A stretch of DNA of 64,000 bases, from contig NW_005201732.1 in NCBI RefSeq assembly GCF_000372725.1, forward strand, positions 310,001 through 374,000. The letters run 5' to 3'. The notes beneath the pieces are model-generated. The model saw only the letters and a list, made by a program, of their open reading frames with translations, was not told where the DNA came from and searched no databases. Shown piece after piece: positions 49,740-61,439 of this stretch (the first letter of the stretch is position 1; each line of letters opens with the position of its first letter). The DNA comes from Emiliania huxleyi CCMP1516. Its lineage: Eukaryota. The position numbers and the translations under genes are program-made.

Positions 49740-51643
49740 TCACGACGTCGGCGTGGCGAGAGGCACGGGCTGCTCCTGCGCCAGCAGCCCGTCGCTCGCC
49801 CAGCCGGCCGTGAAGGCAACCAGCCGTTCGCAATCTAGCGGGAGGGGAGAGCGCACGGCGGCGGCGGCGGCGGCGGCGGTGCCGCCCAAGCTGTCTCCCC
49901 ACTCGCTCTCGCCACCCTCGGCGAGGCTCGACGCCTTGCGGACCCACTGCGCCGACCCCCCCTGCTGCAGCAGCAGCATCCGCGTCATCAGCGAGTAGGG
50001 AGACCTCGTGGCGAGATCGTGGCTCTGCCTCCGCCGCTGCGCAGGCGCGGCGCTGTGCCGGCCCCGGCTCAAGTCGTGGGATCTGCGGCGCGGGCTGCGC
50101 GGCTTTGGCGACGGCGCCAGCCCTGGCGCGCGGCGGAGCGGGCTGCCCTCCTCGCCGCTCCCCTCTTCGCCCCCCACCGCCGGCGGCGGCTGCTGCTGCT
50201 GCGGGACCGGCACCGGCACCGCCCGCTCGGTGCCCCTCCCGCTCAGCTCCTCAGCCTGCTCCTCGGCTTGCTGCTCGGCTTGCTCCTCGCTGCAGCCGCC
50301 CACCTCTCCGGCCGCGCCAGGCGTCGTCGGCTGCAGCGAGAGCGGGTCGAGGCGGCGCCACGCCCCTGGCGCCTCCCACGCCACGTCTCGCAGCCACTCG
50401 TGCGCGCGGACGGCCTGCGAGCCGGCGGCCGCCCCGTCCGCTGGCGAGCCGAGGCGGGTCGCCGGGTTGCGCCGCAGCAGCCGCTTGGCGAAAGAAAGGA
50501 GCGGCGGCGGGAGAGACGCGTCGTAGCAGACGCGGAACGCGGGGTTCCCGATGTTGCGGTAGAGCTGCAGCACGTCGTCGACGGCGCCGCGGTCGGAGAA
50601 GGGCGTGTGTCCGTGCGTCATCTCGTACACAAGCACGCCCACAGCCCACCAGTCGACTGGCGGCCCGTGCCCCTGCATCGCAACCATCTCTGGCGCCAGG
50701 TACTCGGGCGTGCCGCAGAGCGTGCGAGACGAAGCCGCCTAGAGGAGGGGGTGCCGACAGGGCTCCGGGAGGGCGCTCGAGGGCCATCCCACGCCGAGCG
50801 CGCGCGGCTCGCCTCCGCTCCCTCCCCGCCCCCCTCTCCCCGCCCTCCCTCGCCGCGCCACCGCTTGGCGAGCCCAAAGTCGACGAGCTTGAGCAGGCCG
50901 CGCCCGTCGACCACGAGGTTGTCCGGCTTGAGGTCGCGGTACATCACCCCCTGCTCGTGCAGGTAGCCGATCGCAGACACGACGCAGACAGCATAGGTCC
51001 GCGCAACCTCGTCCGGCAGCCTGCCGCGCCGCCGGCAGCCTCCGGGCGGAGGACACCCCTCCTGCGCGCGGCGCAGGCGGGCGAGGAGCGAGCCGAGGTC
51101 GCCGCCCATGCACGCCTCCGTCATCAGGTACGTCTTGCCGTTCCGCACGTCGAAGTGCGACCCAAACGAGCGGACGATGAAGTCGTGCCGCGAGCGGGTG
51201 ATGAGCTCCGCCTCCGTCCGCGGGTCGCTGCAGGTGGCCTCGCCGCCCTCGTCGCGCGAAGAGACCTTGAGTGCGAAGCGGCCACCGTGCGTCCAGCTGC
51301 CGCCGCCGAGCGCGAGGGCGCTGCTCCCGGGAGCACGGCTCGCAGAGCGCTCGTCAGCGCAGCAGCGGTCGCCGCGGCACCTGTTACCGAGCTCGCCCGA
51401 GCCGCACACGATGCAGCCGCCGCAGCACGCCTCCCCGCCAGCACTCCCAGCGGTCCTCGCACACGCAGCAGCAGCAGCAGCATCACCACCGACGGTGCCG
51501 CCGACGGTGCCGAGAAGCCACACCGTCCCGGAAGCGCCGTTGCCGAGCACCTTGAGGAAGCCGGCGACGGGCGAGGGAGCGTACTCGTCGGTGTCCTCCA
51601 GCAGGCATAGGGGGTCCGCCGGCGAGTCCTGCGGCCAGGCCAT
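49740..51643 (-). CDS. AGC-group (PKA/PKG-like) Ser/Thr kinase
   Basis: LGNGASGTV, FALK, YRDLKPDN, DFGLAK, TLCGTPEYLAPE, DWWAVGVLVYEM; one intron. Confidence 0.9.
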
Positions 51644-53005
51644 TCAAACGGAGAGGGGACGGCAACTAGGATGGAGAGGGGACGGCGGCCAGGATGCGCA
51701 GGACCTTGGTCTCAACTGTGTGCTGCGCCGAAGGGAGCATCAAGGAGCGATGCGATACCCTAGTACCAACCTTTTTCTCTCCATCTCGCTTTGCTGGTAG
51801 GACGATCGCCGCAAACCCTGTGGTCAGCTCGATCATATTTTTTGTAGGCACCAGAACGCCAAAAAACTAGTATGTCTTCGAGGGAAAAGTAAATCCGAGC
51901 AAACCCGCGGCCGCAATGAATTAAAATGCGTGCCGTCCTCCCATCCCTCCCTTGGGTTGTCTGTTTTCTTTCTTTCTTTCTTTGAATTAAAATGGGCGGT
52001 TTTCGAGGGGAATCTGGAGAATCTGGGAATCTGCTCACGGATCCCCACCTCATCGAGTGGTATTGCTAAAAATCTCCTCATCGCAAACAAACCCTGTCAG
52101 CAGTTCACGGGTATGTTCGTAAGAGCTACATACATCGAAAATCTCTCTCCAAGACATATTTTCAATGTACGTACTTTTAGCTTACTGGGACAAAAGGGAG
52201 AAAGAAAAAGGGAGAGGGGGTTGTGTTCTTTCTCTAGGCCCCTAAGGGCCCTACGCGCGGCGTGAGAGCTCGGTGCTCGGAAGCGAGCTTTGCACGGCGA
52301 TCGAGGATGGCGCGGTTCACCCCCTCCTCACCGAAGCGATGGAGATTGCGTTCCGCGTGGTGTGACACAAATGAGAACAAAACAAACTAAATAAATAACA
52401 AATGAGCAACAAAGTTTGGTATTGCTAAAAATCTCTCTCTCAAATGAGAGGCGGGAGTGGGGAGGGTACGCGGTGCTGTCAATGTATGTGGCTCTTACGT
52501 ACATTCCCGGAGGTGGACTGCTGACAATTTTGTTTCTACCCGGTAGTTTTTCAAGGTGCTCTACAAGTTAGGCACAAAAGATAACAAAACAAAACGAGAG
52601 AGAGATACAGCCATTTAGGATTTCTAGACGATCACTGAGAAGAAAGAAGACAGCTGCCCAGCTTCGGCTGAGGGCTGACAAGCTGCCGAGCCCAAATCAC
52701 TGTGACAGTCGTGATTTCTTGTTGGTTTTCTAAAATCTCTCTCTCTCACTGAGTAGGCCAAAATCCCCACTGGGCCGGGAGCAACCTTAACTTAAGTTAA
52801 AAGAAAGAAAAAAGACCACCCAAACGAGGGATAGGGGAGGAGGACAGGGTTAACTTAAGTCGAGGTCGTGCTTTTTCTTTGGTGAGCCTGTGTGTGTGCC
52901 AGTCCGCGCCAGTCTGCGCCCTTGTCGTGCCAGTGTGCTGTGAGAGAGATTTATCTTAAGAATTCTTCTCCTAACCTTGGGTCGCCGCGCGCCAAGAAGC
53001 TCACG

Positions 53006-55528
53006 ATGCCCGACCCTCCTGCGCTGCCGCTGGACGTCGGACCCGCCGCCGGCGACGCGCGCTCCACCAGTCCCGGGGCGCAGCACGCCTACGTGCAGTC
53101 GCAGAGCCACCTGCTCAAGGCGACGAGCGACAACCCGCTGCCGACGGCGGTGCCGCCGCCGATAGCGGCGGTCGCCGGCCTGCTCGGCGTGCGCCACGTC
53201 CTCTGCCTCATCGGGCTTCCCGAGCGAGGCAAGCCCTTCATCGCCCAGCGTCTCTCCAAGTACCTCTCCTTCTTCCACGGCGCAGAGGTGAAGCTCTTCG
53301 ACGTAAACGAGGTGATGGACCGAGCCGGCGGGCCGCCCGGCTCGGACCACAACGCCATGTTCATGTTCGAGGAGATAAAGGCCTTCATGAACGCGACGTC
53401 GTCCGCCGCGGACCGCAACATGACGGTGCCTCGGGCGGGCAGCGGGAGGTCCGCCCCTGCGAGCAGCTCGAGCCCTCCGTCGCCAGAGGTGCGGCCGGTG
53501 GTGGTGCGGGAGGGGTCGGCCGAGGTGCAGCTGGCGGAGAGCCTGGCCACGCACGGCGAGGAGGAGCTGCTCGTCCACCCGAGCGACCGCCGGCGGAAGA
53601 ACGTCGACTCGGGCAAGGTTGCGATCCTCTTCGCCAACGACACCTTTGCGTGCTTCAAGGAGCAGCGCCGGAGCCGCCGCCACGGACACAGCAGCACGGT
53701 GAGCCTGCTGACCCGCCGCGTGGCTCTGCCCTGCAGGAGAAGTGGTCGGGCACGTCCAAGGAGCGGCGGAGGTGGGCGTCCGAGACGCTCGCAAAGGACC
53801 GCGCCCTCGGCGCCAAGCTCATCTTCATCGAGGTGATTGTCGACCGCGCAGACATCCTCGAGGCCAACCTGCGGGCGCGCGAGCGGGCGAAGAACGGCCC
53901 CACCGCATCGCGCGAGTCGGCGGGTCCGGCGATGTACGAGGACGAGCTGCCGGACGAGTGCCTGCGTGAGTTTGAGGACCGCGCGCGCCGCTTCCAGCGC
54001 ATCTACGTGTCGATGCAGGAGGATAGTTAATCAGTATTAGTAATATTAAAAATCAATAATGAGCGCATCTTCGTGTCGATGCAGGAGGACGGCTCCGAGG
54101 ACGACCTCTCGTACATCAAGCTCATCAACTACGGAGACAAGGTTGTGACGAACCGGATGCACGGCTACCTGCGGATGCGAATCGCCCAGTTCCTCTCGGT
54201 GATCCACCCGACGCCGCACGTCATCTACCTCTCCCGCCACGGCCAGTCTGAGTACAACGTCCTCGGGAAGCTCGGCGGCAACCCGCCCCTCTCCCCCGCG
54301 GGCCAAGAGTACGCGCGCAGGCCCGCGCAGCCGCTGCAGCTCTCTCGGTGGCACGCGACTCGCGCCGCAGCTCTCTCTCTCTCTCTCCCGGACGCCGCCT
54401 CTGTAGGCTCGCGCAGTGGGTGCCGCGCCACATCTTCTACCAGCACGGCGTGCTGACAAAATGCCGCCTCTGGCGCGCATCCGCTCCTGCGCCGCGCCGC
54501 CCTCCCCCCTCCACCGCAGGACCTCCTCCCTCCAGCGCACCATTCTCACCGCCACCCACATCCCGCACCCGATCGTGCCCGCCTCCTCCTTCGACAGCCC
54601 GGACGGCCTCCCCTCGCCGCCCGCCAAACGCAGCGCCCCGCTGGAAGCGGCGGCGACGCCTCTAGCAGCCTCCCGTGTAGGCCTCAGCTCGCCGCCCCGC
54701 CGCGGCTCGCACGAGACGGACGCCGCAACGCCCTCGGGCGGCACGCCGTCCCACCGCTTCCGCTCTCGGCAACGCTCGCGCCAGCTGCCGCCGCGCTACC
54801 TGCAGGGCGACGAGGGGGTGCTGAATGAGCCGGTGTGGGAGCAAATGTCGCGCGTCCTGTGTCCCGAGCCGCGCTGGGGAGGGGCGCGGCAAGGCCGCAG
54901 CCGGCGCCGCGGTCGCGCCGTATAGGTCGCCGCGCGTGTACCGCAACCTCGACGAGATCTTCGCGGGCGAGTACGAGGGGATGACGTACGAGGAGATCAA
55001 GAAGATTGCGCCGAGCGAGGCGACACTCCGCTCGATGGACAAGATCGGGTACCGCTACCCGCGCGGCGAGTCGTACTTCGACATCCTCGCGCGGCTCGAC
55101 CCGCTCGTGCACGAGCTCGAGTCGTACCACGAGCCGCTGCTGCTCGTCTCGCACCAGGCCGTGCTGCGGCTGCTCTACTCGTACCTGATGGGCAAGCCGC
55201 GCCACCAGGCGCCGAAGGTCGAGATCCCGCTCCACACCGTCATCCGAATCACGTACGACGGGTGCGCGACCTAGCCCTGGTAGGAGAGTGCGAAGGAGGG
55301 GCGCCCCCGTCGCCGCCGCCCTCGCCGCCGCCGCCCTCGTCACCGCCCTCGCCGCCGCCGCCCTCGTCACCGCCCTCGCCGCCGCCCTCTCTGAGCCGGC
55401 GAGCGGGTGTGCGCAGGTGGAACCCGCCGTACGAGGAGCGGTTCGTGCTCGGCCCAACCGCCAAGGGCATCCGCAACGACGGCACCATCGACGAGGGCGT
55501 CCTCGAGGACGGACAGACCAACCTCTGA
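53006..55528 (+). CDS. 6-phosphofructo-2-kinase/fructose-2,6-bisphosphatase family protein, multi-exon
   Basis: IGLPERGKPF, DLSYIKLIN, LSRHGQSEYN, TSSLQRT, LDEI, YRYPRGESY, SHQAVLR. Confidence 0.92.
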
Positions 55529-55882
55529 CGGGAGAGGGACGGGAGAGGGCGGCGCTGCTAGGCTTGGGCGAGGGGGCCGGCGGAGATAGGGTTCTCGAGC
55601 GCGGTTTCGGGTGACGGTGCCCTCGGGCGGCGGGACGGGGACGGGCCGCTTTCTCTACGGCTCAGCTCGGCCAAGGAAGATCAGAGAGACATAAGCGAGG
55701 ATGAGGAGGAAGACAAAGGTGGATTTGCTGCTTCATCGTGTGCGGTGTCGCCGGACGCCGCGCGATTCCCAGACACATGTACATGTTTGTTGTCGTGTGG
55801 TCACTGTTGTGTATTATGAGAGCCATCGAAAGTAGCGAGTTGGCGGTGTGGTGCGCGCGGTTTATGTTCACACCTCTACACT

Positions 55883-57290
55883 CTAGCTAAAATTCGGTTC
55901 CGACTCTGTCGCACGCGAGCGAGAGCGAGCACCTCGCAGCTCGCACCTGCGAAGCAGGCTGAATCGCAGCGCCTCATACTCCCCCCGCTCGACGGCCAGC
56001 CGCACGCGCACCACCACGTCCTCGCGTGCTTCGGAACGGCAATGCGCGCGTACGAGCAGGCTGGCGGGTGCGGCCGGTCCGACCAGGCTGTGGTTCGCGG
56101 GACCAACCAGCGAGCCACCCACCTCGACTCGCAGGCCGTCCGGCGGGTCGATGCGGACCTCAGGCCGTCCGACCCAAACGGGCAGCTCCGACGCCACCAC
56201 AAACCAAACGTCCCCGCTCGCGCCGCCGGCCAGCGGCTCGCCGCCGCGCCATCGCCAGGCGCGCCGTGCCGCACCGTGCCTGGCGACGTCGTCGCTGCCA
56301 CAGCCGGTGCCGACCGAGAGGCTGCGGAAGAAGCGCCGCCGTGCGGGCGGGCAGGTGGGAAGGGCAAGGTCGAGGGCGAGCGAGCAGCCGTCCGGCTCGA
56401 GCCAAGCGGCTGTCACGCGGCCGTGCTCGGGCGGTGCCGTCGAGGCGACGGGCACTGGTGGTGGTGGTGGTGGGGCGGCGGCCGCGGCGACGCAGCCGCC
56501 AGCACAGCAGATGCGCACGACGGTGTGCTTGAGCCGCACATCGCCACGAGGGTGGTGCGGGCAGGTGTCGCGCGGGAAGGGGAAGGTTGGCTTGACACGC
56601 GCCGACGGGCGCGTGTCGGCCGAGGTTGCGACGCCGAGCCGCATCTCGAAGCGATCCGAGCCGACTCTCTCGAATGAGATGACGCGGTCGTAGAGCGTGC
56701 GCCAGCCGCTCCGCCGGTCGCCGTGAGATGCCGGCGGGGCACCTGGACGCGCCTCCTCAATCGCAAAGCCAAAGAGGAGGCGCATGCCGGCTGGGGTTGC
56801 CTCAACGCCGCCCTCTGCGAGCTCCCGCGCGCCCGCCGCGGCCTCGCTCCCGACCCCGACGGCGAAGCGGTGCTCGCGGAAGCCAAGCTCCGAGAAGTCG
56901 TGCTCCCACACCCGGCCGCGGGCGCCGCGTGACGCGACGACGAGGCTGTGTGCGAGGCTCCGCATCCGCTCGCCGGAGAGGTGGTGGAAGGAGAGGGGCG
57001 CGTGCTCCTGCGCCGAGGTGTGGAACCACAGCCCGCGCCTCTCGCGTAGCAGCGAGGCGCCAGCCCACACAAAGTACTCTGGCGGCTCCGTGTGCAGCCC
57101 GCGGTAGTCTCGCACCGGGATCTGCGTGTTGAGTGTCAAGCTGAGGCACTTGCCCACGCGCATGTCGCCTGCCCAGCCGGTGTACTCGGCCTCGCAGCCG
57201 TCGATCCTCGGCCGCATGCGCAATAGCGCCGGCCAGCTCAGCACGTACCCTGCGCCGCCGAGAGCGACCGTGCCTCGTTCGCCGCTTATG
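55883..57290 (-). CDS. GT31/Fringe-like glycosyltransferase C-terminal part; 5' region not found, possibly truncated
   Basis: GGAGYVLS, AGDMRVGKCL, PLSFHHL; the ORF abuts a repeat array at 57290. Confidence 0.6.
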
Positions 57291-57456
57291 ATGTAGAGTT
57301 TGTTGTAGAGATTTCACGTTGTAGAGCGCCTCTACATCGCTCTACAACGGAGGCGCTTCGTCCCGCGGCGGATGTAGAGCTCTACAGCTCTACAGCGCTC
57401 TACATCTCTACAGCTCTACAGCGCTCTACACTCTACATCCTCTACACCCTCCCTCA
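57290..57456. repeat. TGTAGAG/CTCTACA direct and inverted heptamer array, transposon-end-like
   Basis: About 14 copies in both orientations, ending in caccctccctc. Confidence 0.85.
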
Positions 57457-57770
57457 GGCCTCCTACTGGCTGGTTGCGTGCGCTCTCCTACCGGTACGTA
57501 GTTCTCCTGCTCCTGACAAAAGGGACAGCGACAGGCTGCAGCACGGTGGACTCCTACACCAGCGACCTTCCTCCAGCTTCTCACTGGCAGCCTCTCACTC
57601 AGCTCTCTCTCACTACCACGCACGGGCACACCCACACTGAATGCGGAAAGAGGCGGCCGAGGCGCTCGCCGTGGGGTGGCTGGCAGGGGCGGTGGTAGGA
57701 GTCTCCCCTCTGTGGGCTTCGCTAAAGAAAGGTGCGGCCTGAGCGTGTCCTCGCCGTTGAGGTCTTGCTT

Positions 57771-57989
<219 letters not shown>

Positions 57990-59354
57990 CATCGGTTCTG
58001 TTGCGTGTTGGCTGGTGTGAGTGAGTATTCTTGATACGAAACCACGACGACACACACCAGTCGACTCGCATCGGTTTTGCCTCCATGAACGGCGGAGCTA
58101 TTCTCGCGCCCACACCACACCTGGCTCCAACGTGGACACGCCCATAGCTGGGGACACTACTAGGTCACGCATGGCATCAGAAGTTTTATCTCTGGGCCCC
58201 GAAAGGCATCTCTAGCAGTGTCGTTACGCATGCCCCCTCCCATCCTGGGCGCATGCGCCTCACGTCTCGCCAGAGCATAAGCCCTTGGCGTGTGGCGAGA
58301 CGAGTTTTTCTCCATCGCAGCGAGCAGCAAGCCGCCCCCCGCAAACAGCCGGAGGCATCGCCACGGCACTGGCTGCGCCGCGCTCCCGCACCCGTCGACG
58401 AAGCTCCCCCCGCGGAAGACCGCGCGTAGCGACGCCTTGTCGATCGAGATGGGCGCGCCTGAAGCTCGCCCACCTACTGCCCCTGAGAGTTGGTTACGAG
58501 TGGGATCAGCTCCCCCCCTTGGGATCAAAGCTTCCACGACCTCGCACCCAACATCTCAGGCGGGATCAGAAGGGGACTCCACACCGGACACCGCCCGGGC
58601 ACAGCCCCCCTACCCGTCGGATCGCACAGGGCCCCCTAGGAGCAGCCCACACACAATCTCGCATCGGCAGATTGCGCCTGAGTCAGGCAGACAGCAGACA
58701 AGGAGAGGAGAGAGGAGAGAGAGAGAGAGAGGAGAGAGGAGAGGGTGAGGGTGTGTGCACACGTGTGGAGCAGGGAGGGTGTCTGTGGTGGGCTATAGTC
58801 ATACTACGTGGTTAAAACCACGCGCCCCTCAGGAGCTAAGGTAGAGAGGAGCGTCCCAGACGCCTCGGTGCCTCCCACCGGCGTGAAGACCATCCGGATC
58901 TGCCTGCCTCGCCTCCGGCGATACAGTCCCCGCGATGGCCCACGGTCCTCCGTCGCCAGGTCGAACCCCCTGCCTCCCGGTTGAACCCCCAGTCCTTGTA
59001 GTCCATCATGGCGGCGCCGTTGCATGCAGCGACTCTGCTCACGTGCCACGACTGCTTTGACTGACTTATGAGTGCTGATGGATGATCTCCGACAACCCAA
59101 AACCAAAATGAAAATGCGGAGTGGCCCCACTTTGGCGTGCAGATCCTGCGTCTCTCACTGCCCGAACAACAGAGGCGGGTCCGCCGCAGGTCCCCCACTA
59201 GTGCGGGAAAAGAACTATCGGTCGGCGAGGAAGGGGCGTGACGTGACCGAATCAGAAGGCTGTTGGTGTGCGGGAAAAGAACTATCGGTCGGCGAGGAAG
59301 GGGCGTGACGTGACCGAATCAGAATCAACCCAACTGAATCGCAAGGGCTCGACA

Positions 59355-61439
59355 ATGTCTTCCCAGACCGTCGTGGAGACGCCCTCGACCGAGACGCTTC
59401 TAGGGTGCGAGTCGGAGGAGCCGGCGCCGCGGTACCCGCCATCCAAGGAGAGGAGCCTCACGGATCTGCTGCGCCGCGAGTACGAGCTTGCCACGAGCGC
59501 GCGTCCGATTCACCCGCCCGATACCGCCGCCAAGATTGCGCAGGGCTTCCCGGCGCCGGCGCCGTTCTGGGTCGGTCTGCGGCCCTTCATCCTTCTGATG
59601 CCCTTCACTGGCGTCGGCCCGGCCGTCTTTCTCATGTCGCACGGCAGCGCCGCGTACATCTGCTGCGCAGCGCTCCTGTACGCCTACCTCGCCTTTTCGG
59701 GCTACCGGATGGGGCGCGGCGACCTGGCGCTGGCGTTCGGTCGCACCAGCAGTGACGTGCACTCGTACGCCGGCAGCCCCAACGTGATCCAGTACCTGAT
59801 GCTCATGATCTGGCTGCCCGTCTGGTTCACCTCCCTCTCGTGCATCTTCAGCAGCGCGATTGTCCCAAAGCCGCTGCTGGCTGTCGCCGCCTTCTGGGGC
59901 GCCCTCTTCTTCAAGAACGGCGTGTGCATGTCGGTGGTCCTTCACCGGTACGCGTCCCACGCGGCCTTCAAGGTCGGCCCAGCCACCTCGCTGCTGCTCG
60001 GCTGCCTCGGCTGCTTTGCGTACCAAGGTGCCCTGCCCTGCCCTGCCCTGCCCCGCCCTGACGTGCACCTCTGGCCACCACCCGAGCTGCCTGGCCCGCA
60101 CGCTCCGCGCCCTCTCCGCCCGCCCCGGCGCGCCCCGGCACGCTCACGCCGCATCCACCGACGCGTCCACGCCGCGCCCGCAGGCGGCCCGCTCTGGTGG
60201 GGGTCGCGCCACCGCTCGCACCACAAGTACTGCGACACGACGGCGCGCGACCCGCACTCGCCGGCGCTCATGGGCGTGATCAACGCCTTCACCTTCTTCC
60301 TCTCCGGCGCCACCTTCGACGACGTGAGGTCGGTGCAGGCCGTCGACGAGCAGTACGTGCCTCACCACATCGACACGCCGGGCGCGCGCAGCCTGCCCCC
60401 CCTATTTACAATATCCGAGATGATTAACTCACTATCCTTAGACGCTTTAATCCCCCTACCGCTCTCATTCATCCCGCGTGTTGCAAACTTCCATTTGGCG
60501 CTCCGCCGTAGCTACTATGGCGAGACTCTGTGCTGTCGCTCTGGCATAAAGATTCTTATCACCTTGTCTTCTCTCGCCCTNNNNNNNNNNNNNNNNNNNN
60601 NNNNNNNNNNNNNNNNNNNNNNNNNNNNNNNNNNNNNNNNNNNNNNNNNNNNNNNNNNNNNNNNNNNNNNNNNNNNNNNNACCCCCCCCCCCCCTGGGGC
60701 AGGGGCAGGCGTTTTCAACCCCCCCCCAACACCCGTCCCTGCCCTCGATGCCCCGCAGGCCTCTTCGTCTCCTTCACCTCCTCGTGGGTCGGGATGGTCG
60801 CCACCCTCTGGTTCAATGTCCGCAACCACCCCATCGGTGCGGGACCCCCCACCCGCACCCCTCCCTGCACCCGGGCCACACTCCCCTGCCGCCCCTCGCG
60901 CAAACCAGGCGGCGCCGAGGACAAGGCGGCGACCGGGAAGAACCACTTCAGCGGGGGTGTCCGCCGCTCCTCCGTCACCAACAAGGCGCCCTCCCCGCCC
61001 CGCCCACACCCTGCCCCGCCAGCCGGCGCGTGCGCTCGGCCCCCTCTAACCCCCCCCCTCACCTTCTCAGGCGTGCGACGCGGTGGATTCGCCGAACACA
61101 ATCGGAGAGTGGCCGCTCTACGTCTTCCTCGACGGTGGCTCCGCCCGCCCGGCCCGCGCCTGGCGTGTCTACGCGCGCGCACCCACGACCCGCCCTGCCC
61201 TTTCCGCAGGCATCTCGTCCCTCATCTCGCCGTCGGTGGGCGAGGACGACCACGACCACCACCACACGCACCCCAACCTCGCCGTCCGGCCGGGCCGGTG
61301 GGGAGACTTGCCCGGCGCGATGGTCGTCGGCGCGCTCGAGGCGGCCGGCCTCGCGCGCAACGTCGTTCGGCAGCGGAACGGACGCAGTTTTGGCGATTGC
61401 GTCCTGACGGCCGACGACAAGTCGCCCAAGACGGACTAG
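59355..61439 (+). CDS. Membrane fatty-acid desaturase, Delta-9-like, spanning a gap
   Basis: His boxes HRYASH, WGSRHRSHHKYCDT...DPHSP and VGEDDHDHHHTHP; extra N-terminal hydrophobic segments. Confidence 0.85.
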
